Shown one piece after another: positions 27,304-41,083 of a DNA stretch of 64,000 nucleotides; the stretch's first letter is position 1; the number at the start of each line of letters is the position of its first letter. The DNA is from Octopus sinensis (Eukaryota). The notes under the pieces were generated by a model. The model saw nothing but the letters and a program-made list of their open reading frames with translations, had not been told where the DNA came from and searched no databases. A program made the position numbers and the translations under genes. Location of the stretch: assembly GCF_006345805.1 (NCBI RefSeq), contig NC_042997.1, forward strand, positions 110,236,001 to 110,300,000, given 5' to 3'.

Positions 27304-27992
27304 TTTATTATTTATTACCATCGTCATCTATTATTATTATTATTATTAATGTTATTGTTGTTGTTGTTGTTATCATTATTAGCTCCCTTCCTGCCCCGTC
27401 TATCTCGACATGTCGGTTATTATTTGTGACTAGACCATTAAATCAGAACAATTTCGCCACAATAGGATTCGTGATACAACTTTCGTTTTCAAGCCATGTT
27501 GACTTAAGCAGTCACGTATTCACCCTGGCCGAACCGACTACCTACCTACACACACACATACATACATACATACTAATACATACATACATACATAATACAT
27601 ACATACATACATACAATACATACATACATGCATGCATGCACATCCATACATATATACATACATACATACATACATACATGCATGCATGCATACATACATC
27701 ATAAATACACATACAATACATACATACATCATCATCATTATTGTTATTATTATATTATATTATTATTATATTATTATTAGTTTTTATAGCAGAAGTCGTG
27801 GAATTGATAGAATCATCATCATCATCATCTCCATCATCTTCATAATCTTCCTCCTCCTCCTCCTCCTCCTCATCATCATCATCATCACCACCACTTTCAT
27901 CATCATCGTCCGTCTCTTCTATGCTCCGTGGCAAATAAAAAAAGGGTTGTTGTTGTTGTTGTTGTTGTTGTGGCTGTTTTGTTGTTATTTAA

Positions 27993-28092
27993 NNNNNNNN
28001 NNNNNNNNNNNNNNNNNNNNNNNNNNNNNNNNNNNNNNNNNNNNNNNNNNNNNNNNNNNNNNNNNNNNNNNNNNNNNNNNNNNNNNNNNNNN
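27993..28092. other. Assembly gap (100 N)
   Basis: Run of N bases. Confidence 0.99.
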
Positions 28093-28214
28093 AGTGCTGT
28101 GAGAAGTTAGAGGTGAAACGTTAATGTGTTTCTTGTATAACTGTAGAATGTTTTAGAGATAAATTAAATCGATTTCTATACATAACTCAAATCTATCTTC
28201 TATCTGATCATGTA

Positions 28215-28282
<68 letters not shown>

Positions 28283-28410
28283 CACACACACACACACACA
28301 TACCTACCTGTATCTGATGGCTGTCTACTCGTGTTGCTGGTAGCCAATCACTGACTATTAAAAGAATGACTTGAAATACCGTCATGCGTAATATCCGCAA
28401 CGTCTCTACC

Positions 28411-28599
28411 AGCCTCGATGTAGTGCCTCGTTGTAACGCCTCGATGAAGCATCTCGATGTGGCGCCTCTATGTGGCGCTTCTATGTAGCGCCTCGATGTA
28501 GCGCCTCAGCGTAGCGTCTCGATGTAGCGCCTCGAAGTAGCGTCTCGATGTGGCGCCTCGATATAACGCCTTGACGTGGCGTCTCGATGTAACGCCTCC
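28411..28599. repeat. 13-bp GC-rich minisatellite, about 14 copies, consensus GCGCCTCGATGTA
   Basis: Direct reading of the sequence; degenerate units. Confidence 0.9.
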
Positions 28600-29169
28600 A
28601 CTCTATTGAAAAAAAAATTAAGGCAAGTCGTATCAAGATGTCTGCTGACACTAATGTTCGCAATTTCGGAAGTTATGGAGCGTCATAATCTCTGTGTGTC
28701 CACGGAAAATCCCAAATTGTTTCCGTCCCTGGTTTCGTTCACAATACACAGTGGAGGCAATAAAAGGAAAAAGATGTTGAAGGGGGAATTTTAAAAGACA
28801 AAAATAAAAGGGGACGAGATGAAAGAAGAAAATGAAGAAGACAAGACGAAAGAAGAGGAGGAGGAGGAGAAAAAGAATAGAAGAAGAAAGAGGGGGACAT
28901 AAAGAAGAGAAGAAAAGAAGAAAGAAAAGGAGGAGAAGGAGAAGGAGAAGGAGGAGAGGAGAAAAAGAGGAGGAGAAAAAGAAGAGAATAAAGGAAGAGG
29001 AGGAGGAAGATAAAAGGAGGAGGGAAAAAAGAAGATGGAGTAAAACAGATGAAGAGACTGAAGGCAGCTTTTGAGAAGTAAAACAAGACTGAAATTGAAA
29101 AATGAAGAACGATGGAAGATATTCACAGATTTCCTCCCAAGTTGGTTTAAAATGGTGGTTTGCAGTCAA

Positions 29170-29735
29170 TAGGCGAGTCTTGGACGCCATCTTGGTCAAG
29201 CTACTTGGTTTCAGAGCAAGAGAGACTGATTGCTTTCACTCCAGCCTCCAAGCTTCCTTTTTAGTTCGTCCAACTCCCTACTTTCCTTCAACTTGCTAGT
29301 TTAACACTTGTCTTGTAATAATGCTTGAAGGTCTCCTTAGAGAATGACCAATCCAGCCCCCTTTCCTTTTCACAATTACTTGATTTATTGGAGTATGGTT
29401 CGCTCTGTTCCACAGACATCTGTCTGAAATTTTGTCCGGGCACTACATCTTGAGGATGTTGCACAGACGTGTGCTGAAGAAAGTCTGTAGCTAACTCTTT
29501 ATGGTTTTCGGTGACCTTCCAAGTTTCTTACTCTTAAAGAAGAACGGCCTTCACATTGTTTATCTTGAAGGAAATGGCTTCGAAATTCCAAACACTCTGA
29601 AGACTGTTGAATACATACCAGATCTTGTCGGTGCTGGACCTCACATCCTTCTTTGTTGCACCCATCTTTGACAAGATGCTGCCAAGATAGACAAACTTTT
29701 AGATGTCCAGAAGGGCGTCGGTGCCAGTTCAGTTA
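29170..29735 (-). mobile_element. Decayed RTE-clade LINE 3' fragment
   Basis: KFVYLGSILSKMGATKKDVR, VFNSLQSVW, NVKAVLL..ETWKVT, LQTF..RLCNILK in broken frames. Confidence 0.85.
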
Positions 29736-31666
29736 GGTTGTATGTATCTATCCATGTAAAGATATATAGAGTTTATAAAGCTTTCATTTTTGAAGCTAGG
29801 GTACACACATACAGCACACACACACACACACACACACGCATATACAAGCGCACGCATGCACACACACATACGAACACATACACGCGCACACGCACACACA
29901 CACATATATACACATACACAAGACTTTAATTAGAAAACGTGAAGTTCGAACAATAGTTTTCTTTATGAATATCAGGCGATTTTCGTAAAAATGATGGTAA
30001 GCATATTCTCAATTACTTTTACATATTCTTTCGAAATCTATTCAAATATCAAATAATTCTACTGGTACTTACATCCGATTAATATTACTGTCACAGTAAC
30101 ATTGGCTCTTATGAATCATTTCTCCTTAGACCATATATATAATAAATATTTAATAAACATTCTATAAAACTTTCGTATTCAACTACATAAAACTTTATCT
30201 GAAATTTAGCATATTAAAATATAAAGTTTGCAAACATAACGAAACCATCAACCAACAAAATACAAATCGGTGCAATTGTTCCTTTATAATATGTGTTCTT
30301 TAATATTTTACTGTGTCATTTAAACTGGTAGGAACAGTTTAGTTCCTACCAGCTATAAATCGGAATGACTGCAAATCCATTTAAACAATAATTAATTCGC
30401 ACGTGCATTCCTCTAAAAAACACAATTGAAGCAAGCAAACATTTTTGCTTCATACATCTGGTTGTTAAGGAATAAATTCAATAACATGTTTTAAACCCAG
30501 TGTGCAATCTGAAGCTAATCCATTTAAATAGAATAATATCCCTAAAACCTTTGCACCATTGAGGGTTACCATATTTCTGCAAACATCTCCATTACACAAT
30601 TGCGAATCAAAAAAGTATTCCAAACAGAAACGAAAGAAAATTTAAAGCCTATAAATATTACAAATCAGTCATCTTTCTACTTTGCGAACAAGGCAGATGT
30701 CCCTCATGCATACGAGCATCATCAACTGTATTTACGTATCATTCACTCTTACTCCAGACATAAAATATGGGCTTTTTGTAACTAATAATGTTTTTCTTCA
30801 TTAATTTGTTGAATGATTCACACCAAATCTAATCCGATGTGTGTAACAGTCAGCGTTAGTGTATTTCGAATTGCATTTAGTTAACATTTGAACCGACGAG
30901 ACTCACGTTCCATCGTCGCGTGAGTGTAACTAAGAATTGGAGAAGATTTTAGGGAATTGTTTGATCAACTTGTAAATATCGATTTAGTTAAATAATAGAA
31001 TAATACTTCTCATAATCTTTGAAATTTTAAAACCAATTTCGTCCCTCTCATCCGCGCTGTTTACGGCATATCTAGTTGTTACTGTTAAACGTTAGACAAC
31101 TGCTGTCTACCCAATGGTTAACATCGAATTAAATGTAGATGGCCACTTTGTACATTATTGCAGCTGATTGCATGCGAGTTTTATATTTCATTTTGAAGTT
31201 AAATTTCGCTGAAAAATGTAACAACAGAATTAAAGACGTCGCAGCAAGAATCTCGATTACTAGACACACAAAGATTTAATATCTTCTGAATTATTCCAGA
31301 CCGCTTAATAGAAATAAAAAAAAAGAAGGTGAATCGTTGTCAGATTATAAAAGCATACAAACAACAAACGTTATTAACTTCTTTCTCAAAAAATATTTAC
31401 TAAAACACATCAAAGTCCGATGATGGACTGTCAACAATATATATTTGAGTGCGTGCAAACATATGTATATTTATATAGATACACGCCCAGCCAAACCCTT
31501 CCCACCACACACGTGTGTGTGTTTGAGGTGTTTGCACGCGTGTGTGAGTATGTGCTTGTTCGCGTGTGTATGTGTGCGTGTGCATGCATACGTGCACATG
31601 TGCATGCATATCTTTATCTTTAAATACTTATATTTAAAGGTATTTGCATATGTGTAACGTATAATC

Positions 31667-31781
<115 letters not shown>

Positions 31782-31902
31782 GTTTGTCTGTCTGTCTGTC
31801 AGTGTATCTGTTTGTCTCTCTGTCTGTCTTTCTTCCACCCAATTAATTTTCTCTGTCGTTTGTATTCAGTGTAAGTTTCATCTATTAATATTAATATCTA
31901 TA

Positions 31903-32535
31903 CAGGGGTTGGATAAAATAATGGAAACACCTTAAAATTTCAAGCAATTTTATTTTAATATGGGGTAGGACAGCCTTTGGCAGCAATTAGTTTGAATTCT
32001 ACGACGTATGGACTCGTACAAAGTTTGAATTGTTTCCAAATGAATTTTTGTCCATTCTTCAGCTAAAACAGTCTCCACTTCGTGTAGTGATGACGTTGGA
32101 AGATATCGACTCCTTACTTGTTTTTCTAAAATGCACCATAAATGTTCAATAATATTGAGATCTGGGGACTGTGGTGGCCAGATAAGATTTTCAACTTAAC
32201 TAGAATGCTCCTCGTGCCATTTAGTAACAACTTTAGCTGTGTGAATTGGTGCATTATCATCCGTCCCCGGAAACAGTTTCACAACCATAGGATGAATTTG
32301 ATTAGATAAAATGCTTAAATAGTTTTGACTATTAATTCTGTCATGAAGGGAAACCATTGGGCCGGCGGATTTCCAAGATATAGCCCTCATCCAGATCATC
32401 ATAGATCCTCCTCCATGTTTAACAGTTGGAAGAAGGCAGTCTGGGTCAAACGCTTCTTTTGGCTGTCTCCACATGTATACTCGGCCAGTGGTCGGAAATA
32501 TGGTAAAGGATAACTCGTCCGAGAAAATAACAGGT
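31903..32535 (-). mobile_element. Truncated Tc1-family DNA transposon
   Basis: TA plus TIR CAGGGGTTGGATAAAATAATGGAAACACC; PTVKHGGGSMMIW and DDNAPIHTAK motifs. Confidence 0.9.
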
Positions 32536-34036
32536 TATAATGGACACAGGCTTGTGTGTCAAATAGCTAGCTAGAGGCAAGGGCCTCTTGAAGCTAATCA
32601 ATGGTAGTATTCGTCCTATTTATCTGGACTGCCATGTTAGCTTAGCGATAACTATTAATATATATATATATATATACAAGAAATAATATTTGCCTCTTTT
32701 TGTGTGAGGGGAGTAAAAAGGCTTTTTTCAAATATTTAAAAAAGTATTTAAAAAAATATTTTTAACCGTTTGATAAAAATATTTTAGTCCTTGGACATTT
32801 ACTCTATCTTTATCTATTAGTTTGGCAATTTACGAATTTTTAGTCGTTTATATTTACCTTTGATAAGCCGTTCTATTTGTATTTTATTCGAATATATATT
32901 TTTACGTTCTTTGTTTTTATGTACATGTATATTTTAAAAAAAATAATGAGTTTTAAACTCATTGATATATGTGATTAAATCTTTGAGGTTTGGTGTTATA
33001 TATAAAGTCGTTGACTCGAATTTAATGTTTGTTCTATAACCAATGTTTCTTTTATATATACATATACATATATATATATGTATACATATACATATATATA
33101 TGTATATACATATACATACGTACACACACACACATGTATATATATATATATATACATATACATACATAGTAGTATATATGCATATACTACATACACATGT
33201 TTCAGTATTGTATATATATATATTATATATATATATATATATATACACGCACAGACACACACTCACATACCTATATATATTACATTGTATATTTAGATCT
33301 CGTTCGATGGATTCTCTACGCAAACAGGAATTTATAAATATTTATTTTGCATATTTTATGTTCAATATATTGAACAGATGAAATATTTGTGGAATCCTGT
33401 CCACCAAGAACTGAGAAACATCGCCACACGAAGGAATGGTGGATTACCATCACGTGATTGTTTTGAAATGTCTCAGCAAATTCTTCCGGCTGCGTCCTAC
33501 CAAGCGTAATCAGGGCCTCCGTTAGATAAATATACACATTAAAGGTGGGGTGGGTGGAGGACAAAAACACGAACCTAACAAACATTATGTTGGTGTCAAT
33601 GTGATACCAATTCCTTGTGGGTGGAAGACTATCAGTGTGTGAGGAAATGGTTAGCATCGGTAAAAGGGACAAAGGGCGATACGAGGATTATGAATGTGAG
33701 TGAGGATTTATGGCTGTCAGAGGTAAATGGGTAGGGTTCAGTGTATGGAAATTGAGAAGTATGGCTAAAAGAGAAAGGTGAAGTGTATGAAAAGGGTGCA
33801 TATGTGTGTAGAGGGTGAGAGTGTGAGAGAGAGAGAGAAAATGAAAGAGAGAATGAGAGAGAGAGTGGGGTAGGAGGAGGATGAAGAAAATTTAATGAGC
33901 GAGAGATGAAACAATGAGAAATGGAAAAAAATAGAGGATTGATACGTTGAAAGGTGTGGTGTGAAAGGAAGATACATTCAATAAAAGGAAAAAGCAAACA
34001 AGATTTGAAATATATATGTAGATATGTATATATATA

Positions 34037-34088
<52 letters not shown>

Positions 34089-34106
34089 ATATATATATTA
34101 TATATA

Positions 34107-34155
<49 letters not shown>

Positions 34156-34171
34156 ATATATATATATTATA

Positions 34172-34202
<31 letters not shown>

Positions 34203-35306
34203 CTAATATATATTTATATTTCAAACAAACAGAACATCATAAATTGTTTTTTGTGACTGCCTTGAATTCTGTGGGGAACTTCAAATATAAAGAATACTTT
34301 AAATTAAATCACAAAGAAAATCACATACATACACGCATATACATACACATACATACATACATACACATACATACATACATACATACATACATACATACAT
34401 ACATACATACATACATACATACATACATACACACACACACATACATACATACATACATACATACATACATACATGCATACATACATATACAAACGCTTTT
34501 ACATGCATATAATTTCTAAGCTTCTCTTGCAGTAGCTTGAAGAATGCATTAGAGTACTCCAGATATGGCATATTTTTGCAATGCAGGGTTAGCATTATCC
34601 TGCATAATATTATATGGTTTGCTATAATCAATAAAGTAAATCTCACAGAAAACCAGATACATTTTATTTGTATGTGAGCAGTACATGCACAAGTATAACA
34701 TTTCAGAAATTTTATTACAGTAGTCTAGAGAATGCGTAAAAGTGTTTTAAGATATGTTGTTATTCTGCAGTGGAAAATTTAACATCATCAGACATAGTAG
34801 CATGGAGTTTGCTGCTATCGCCAAATTCCTGTTTGCAGCTACTACAGACAATTGAGCAAACCTGTAGCATTTAAGTTGCCGTTCTTTCTAAGGGAGCGAG
34901 AATTATTTAGTAGCGTTGTTTGAATTCATCTTCTCTTATGAAGTTACCTAATGGCAGTGTGGTATCGTAGAAATTCCAGTGCAAGAGACTCTGACTCTTT
35001 GAATAACTAAATCAGTTTTACATGGACCGTACTTAAGGTTTTTTACTTCGGGAATTACATGTTGCATTGTTTGCAATCGTTGACTGAGTTTAAAAGGTTA
35101 AAATATTTCTCTGGTGGTTGTCCGCTAAAACTAACATTAATATTATATTTAATAAACAATGTTCGGACTTTGTTCGAAAGGCAAACATTTATTAATATGT
35201 ACTAAACATTTCTGGCGATACCAGAATTGATATTAAAAGAACATTAGGACTTATATTAATCTTTCCAATTTTGAAAGATTGTGTTTGTCGAGTTGTAAAT
35301 TAGATA

Positions 35307-35366
35307 TCAATGCAGATAAAGAAAGCCAGCCCATCAGATCACCAGAACATCAAGTTTACACCAATG
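35307..35366 (+). repeat. Perfect 60-bp direct repeat, copy 1 (copy 2 at 36206-36265)
   Basis: TCAATGCAGATAAAGAAAGCCAGCCCATCAGATCACCAGAACATCAAGTTTACACCAATG is identical at both sites. Confidence 0.92.
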
Positions 35367-35374
35367 CTTAGCAT

Positions 35375-35525
35375 CATTTCATCCGTATTTTCGTTCTGAG
35401 TTCAAGATGTCTCGAGGCCGACTTTAATTTTCATACCACAAGGTCGATAAGATAAGTCGAGCACTGGAGGTCGCTGTAATCGATTATTCCCTCCCCCAAA
35501 ATTGCTGGCCTCGTGCCAAAATTTG
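35375..35525 (+). mobile_element. Degenerate SINE fragment
   Basis: GTTCTGAGTTCAA..GAGGCCGACTT..GTAATCGA..GGCCTCGTGCCAAAATTTGAAA. Confidence 0.7.
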
Positions 35526-36205
35526 AAATCATTATAAGAGGGTCTATTTGTTGAAAATGTCACTTTAATCGATCAGTAATTTCAATGCCTTTGTTACAAA
35601 GTCATTTACAACTGTTGTCCTGGGTCTTGAACGGTGATCAACTGTGAAGAAGAACTACATTATATTACGTGTACAAATCATATCTCGAACAAAATACGGA
35701 GTACTCAATATGATGTGTAGAGTAAATATTTTTTATTATAATTTTGGATATGGAAAAGATAATAGAAAATTATAATATGTTGCTTTATGATTTGATGCTT
35801 CTCTATAAAAAATAAATTTAGTAATTCTATTTGGATGTCTGTAGGGTGAAGTCGAATGCAGAAATCGCATGATAAGTAAGCTATAGGCCAGAGGTTCCCA
35901 ATCACGGTCGATATGTTCCTTACGAAGGGAAAAAGATGTTCTCACAGCCATCCACACCACTTAGTAATCCAATCCCAAGGAATATAATGCGCAGTTCTAT
36001 GCAGCTGAAATCCATTAGGAAGAGTATAACCTATAACATGTCAGAAGGTATGACAAGTGAACAGATTTATTTAACCACTCGCTATACTTAGGATTACAGC
36101 CGTTTCGCTGCCTTCTTCGTGTAATAATATTTTCATTATAAAATAAATTATGTGTACGGCTCGACATTAATATGCATGCTACGCATTATATCATGCATTT
36201 ACAAT

Positions 36206-36265
36206 TCAATGCAGATAAAGAAAGCCAGCCCATCAGATCACCAGAACATCAAGTTTACACCAATG
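36206..36265 (+). repeat. Perfect 60-bp direct repeat, copy 2
   Basis: Identical to 35307-35366. Confidence 0.92.
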
Positions 36266-36419
36266 ATTCAACACGCACACACACAAACGCACATGCTTGT
36301 GTATGTTCCTACGTACGCATACACCTATACCTCCACATATTAACGTATGTAAACATGTTAGTAAGTATATTTGGTCAGCGAGACAGATGTGTGATATATT
36401 CGATGCTTTGGCTAATCAT

Positions 36420-36700
36420 GGCCTCTCCACATATCCGTAAACTAGCAGATACCGTCAGCTTCCAAATATATCACCTTCGAAAAACACTCTACTGTACCAG
36501 CTTAATATTTAGAGGTCCTCAATTTTTCAATTGCTTACTTGAAGACATCAGAAATATAAAAGGAATCTCTACTGAAACACTGGAGAAACCCCTAAAGATG
36601 ATATCGAACCATCCAAGCATTCAAGGACACACTCAGGGAAGATCAGTTGCTACAAACTCAATCATAGACCAAGCTTTCAGCCATAAAGTGACAACAGAAC
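36420..36700 (+). mobile_element. CR1-like LINE C-terminal fragment
   Basis: SLIFRGPQFFNCLLEDIRNIKG..PSIQG..RSVATNSIIDQ resembles the CR1-group C-terminus GPRLFNSLP..IRN..NSI. Confidence 0.6.
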
Positions 36701-37250
36701 TGATAGAAGATAAATTACAACAGGGTTCCAGTATGGCCGTAGTCCTACGACTAAAACTACTAAATGAATAAAAGAATAATAAAGAGAGGTTTTAGTCGAC
36801 TCCCTGTCGAAGGAAAATTTGAAAGTAAACCTAATTTATGTCACATACATTTACATAGAAGGGGCTCAACCGACTTTCAATATAGAGTCGATGTTTTGTT
36901 TTAGCACAAAATACGAAAGTGAAAAATTCTACAACTCTCTCTCTCTCTCCCTGTATCTGTGTTGCATGTGTGTGTGTGTGTTGTGCACCTGTATACATGT
37001 ACACACGTACACACACATACGCATGCAGACCTGCAAAAAAATAAAAATATAAACATCGATAAAACTTACAAGAATACAATTAACGCATTCGATTGCGTAC
37101 ATTTTAAACAAAATGGAAGAGAAACAGCATCAGCAGAAGGTAAGACTATGGAGATGGATATATATATATATACATACATACATACATACATACATACATA
37201 CATACATACATACACTACTTACATACATAACTACATACATACTTACATAC

Positions 37251-37381
<131 letters not shown>

Positions 37382-37402
37382 ATATGTATATATATATTTA
37401 TA

Positions 37403-37446
<44 letters not shown>

Positions 37447-37770
37447 TTACGCATACATACAGACATAAAGAGATAGATATTTAGATAGATATACGGACAG
37501 ATAGATAGATAGGTAGATAGACCGATAGATAGATAAATAGATAGATAGAGAGAGAGAGATAGAATGATAGATAGATAGATAGGTAGACAGACAGATGTGT
37601 GTAAATGATCCGTACATTCATAAATGCCTACATCTGTTCATGTGAAGATATCTGTCATCGCATTCAGCGCCTGTTCTATTGCTTCTGCTTCAGCAATTTC
37701 CTGTACATTATACAGAGACGTATGTATCATAGTTGTGTTTGTTTCAATGGCAAGGAGAAACAATAAGACA

Positions 37771-37818
<48 letters not shown>

Positions 37819-38384
37819 AGCTGAGAAAGAGGGAGAGATATAGAAGAGAGAAAGGGAGAGAAAAGGGAGAAAGGGCGATAGGAAGTATTGACGTTATAAC
37901 GCCATTCATTTGTGTCGAGGAATTTCCTGTGTAACATGAGTAAAAATTCTTTGATTAAGCATGTACTTTCTTAATTAAACAATACCCATCGCAATGTTCA
38001 GAGACAAAAACATGACAAGACTCCCCATTATTCACGCATATGTTATTCCACATGCATTTGTTTGGTTTCACACACCGCAACGTCGTTGGGTTTTGGTTCC
38101 AAGTGACGGAGTTGAAAAACCGAAAGAATAAAAAAAAAAAAGAAAAATGAAATACAAGAAATACAAGAAAATAAATGTTAGCCAATGATTCTATGTCCAG
38201 ACAAGATGGCGGCATGTAGAAAGTTACGAACAATTTGAGTTGTGCAGAGTCCAGGTTAGCTATAGTCACATCCACATGACCCTGAGGTCCTCAGTTCAGT
38301 TTAAATGACTGCAGGAGAATGTGTGCGCATGCGTGCGCGTGTGTATGTGTGTATAAACAGGAGATTGGTAAACATTTTGGTAGG

Positions 38385-38540
38385 CGTGGCTGTGAGGTAA
38401 GAAATTTGCTTCCCAAGCACATGGTTCCGGGATCAGTGCTATTGTGTGGCACCTTGGATAGTATAGTGTCTACTATACATTCTGATCGACCAAATCCTTC
38501 TAAGTAGATTTGGTAGACGGAAACTGCAAGAAGCCTGTCG
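38385..38540 (+). mobile_element. Head half of the composite SINE
   Basis: GGCGTGGCTGTGAGGTAAGAAATTTGCTTCCC..GGCACCTTGG..GATTTGGTAGACGGAAACTG. Confidence 0.75.
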
Positions 38541-38575
38541 TACACACACACACATACATACATATATATATATAT

Positions 38576-38628
<53 letters not shown>

Positions 38629-38649
38629 ATATATCTCATATATATATTC

Positions 38650-38983
38650 GGAGACCCCCTTCGGTCACGACACAGACAATGGAATTGCACCTAGAAAGTT
38701 ACCTTCTTAGACACAAGTCCATCGAGGTTGTTTATGGAAGACCAGTAGTCGCCCATGTATACAAGCCTCCCCTCTCCACGCCACCAGTGTTATCCAAGGG
38801 AAAGACAAAGGTCGATATAGCTTGGCACCAGTGACGTCGCAACTCAGTTCTACAGCTGAGTGAACTGGAGCAACGTGAAATAAAGTGCCTTGCTCAAGAA
38901 CGCAACACGCAGCTCGGCCCGGGATTCGAGCTCACAACCTCACGATCGTAAGCTCGACGCTCTAACCACTGAGCCGTGCGCCT
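38650..38983 (-). mobile_element. tRNA-derived CORE-type SINE, near full length
   Basis: GGCTCAGTGG A-box, GCTCGAATCCC B-box, CTTGAGCAAGGCACTT core; same family as 7241-7578. Confidence 0.88.
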
Positions 38984-39035
38984 ATATATATATATATGTG
39001 TATGTATATATATGTGTGTATATATATATATATAT

Positions 39036-39234
39036 GTAGGTCCCGGGTTGAGTCGGGGTTAACCACAGTAAATAAGGTACTCAATACATAGCAGAGTAAA
39101 TTAATTTATTTTATAGAAGGAGCTTCTACAGGACTAGAACTGTTTCATTCAAAAGAAATCATCAGGAAGCTTCCTGATGATTTCTTTTGAATGAAACAGT
39201 TCTCGTCCTGTAGAAGCTCCTTCTATAAAATAAA
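39036..39234. mobile_element. Back-to-back hammerhead element: 130-bp palindrome (39105-39234) plus extended left arm, within (TA)n-rich DNA
   Basis: Palindrome centred on AAGCTT (39167-39172), one mismatch (39135/39204); each strand reads AGCTTC-CTGATGA-stem II-GAAA-CAG..CTGT-A-GAAGCT. Confidence 0.88.
39168..39218 (+). ncRNA. Type-I hammerhead ribozyme (mirror copy on the minus strand, 39121-39171)
   Basis: Stem I AGCTTC/GAAGCT (6 bp), core CUGAUGA and GAAA, stem III ACAG/CUGU, GUA cleavage triplet after 39212; stem II weak (UUC/GAA, U-U closing). Confidence 0.8.
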
Positions 39235-39937
39235 AAAAAAATATATATATATACATATATATACATATATCTATACACACACACACACATACGTACATAT
39301 TCATAATCACACACATGTACGTGTGTGCATATGTATATTTAAAAAATGGTTAATTCACTTCAGTGATTGCCTGTAAAGTCGAAATTTATAGTTTTGTAAA
39401 TTCAGCTGAAAATATTTATTATTATCTGCAAAAATCTCCAAGTACTATTCTGAGGTAACCCACACCTCTTCGTTGTTTACCCTATTGTCTGTCTGGCTCT
39501 TTTATTGCTCCAGTATATTTGAGAACCAAGAATCATATTCCGTTAGATGTTTTGAGTAAAAGTATAGCCATTTTTTTTTGTTAAGAAAAAAGAGGTATAA
39601 ACAGGCTACATCAAAATAAAGTCAAACACTTGTGAAGGGAATAATTGAATTACTAAGATAGCGAGAAAGACCTCTTTGATCTGGTTACAAATTCGGTTTT
39701 ATAACTAAAATTGCTCACCGCAAAATATAGTAATGGAACTTCTGAATTGGAGCTTTTGAAGCAAATTAGAAGAGTGAAATATGAAAAAAATAAAATAAAT
39801 TCATCGTAATTATAAATAAGTCGTTAAATACAATAAAAAAAAAGTATTTATCACTTCTAATTAAACATTTATAAGAAATTAGTAATATCCAAAAACGAGA
39901 GAATATTCATTGTTCTACGAATGGCACTATATATCTA

Positions 39938-40008
<71 letters not shown>

Positions 40009-40058
40009 GTATCTATCCATCCATCCATCCATCCATCCATCTATCCATCCATCCATCC

Positions 40059-40112
<54 letters not shown>

Positions 40113-40179
40113 TTATCTATATACACAATATATCTGTGTGTGTTTGTTTGTGTGTGTGTACGCACAATGCACAATACTG

Positions 40180-40219
40180 TACTAACTGATTACCGGCACC
40201 CAGAAACAGCTGTAACGTA
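40180..40219 (+). ncRNA. Degenerate hammerhead motif
   Basis: CTGATTA..GAAA-CAGCT-GTA with palindromic ACAGCTGT as at 45 kb; G8 mutated, stems I and II poor. Confidence 0.35.
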
Positions 40220-40512
40220 TTATTTGTATTCTCTTCCCTCAACTGTGATGTTAGGATATGATCTGTTCTGTTTCTTCCATGTTTCTCCGCTTATTTTTAT
40301 TCACTTCTTTATAACTAACTTACATGATTGTTTTAGTACCATTAACAGCCTCATGTTCATCTTTATTTCGTTATACTTTCGTTTGCTCGACGGGTATATC
40401 GCCTAGAGCTAACTCGTGTTTACTGGGATAATGTCTCCTTTTGTGGCTAAAAAAAGAAACATATTTATCTATCTACCCACATACCTACCTACCTACCTAC
40501 CTACCTACCTAC

Positions 40513-40580
<68 letters not shown>

Positions 40581-40587
40581 TATATAT

Positions 40588-40645
<58 letters not shown>

Positions 40646-40721
40646 AAAAAGGATTAGAGATTTATACAAATCAAATTTTGATCCCCAGACAGAAGATAAA
40701 CTGTTTTTACTTCAAATTTTT

Positions 40722-40763
40722 ACTATTTGATGAGATGTGATTCTTTATCGAAACCGGTAACAT
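40722..40763 (+). ncRNA. Degenerate hammerhead motif
   Basis: TTGATGA-GAT..ATC-GAAA-CCGGT-A with palindromic ACCGGT; stem I poor. Confidence 0.4.
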
Positions 40764-41083
40764 TTTCTTTATATAACATTTAAAATCATTTTATGAAATT
40801 CATTCTTAAATTGAAATGATCTAGTTTTACTTCTCTGCTATTTTCATATCCATCTGTATACATATATGTATGCATGCATGCAAGTATGTATGTATGTATG
40901 TATGTATGTATGTATGTATGTATGTATGTATGTATGTATGTATGTATGTATGTATGTATGCATGCATGCATGCATGCGTGCATGCATGTATGTATGTATG
41001 TTTGTATGTATGTATGTATCTATGTATCTGTGTATGTGTGTGTGTGTGTGTGTATGTGTGTGTGTGTGTTGTGTGTGTGTATA

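Noticed and set aside
28411-28599. CRISPR-like array
   Set aside because: Contiguous degenerate 13-mers without unique spacers, in eukaryotic context with no cas genes.
30325-30352. Perfect 11-bp hairpin as a Helitron 3' end
   Set aside because: No CTRR terminus at the expected distance on either strand and no other Helitron features.
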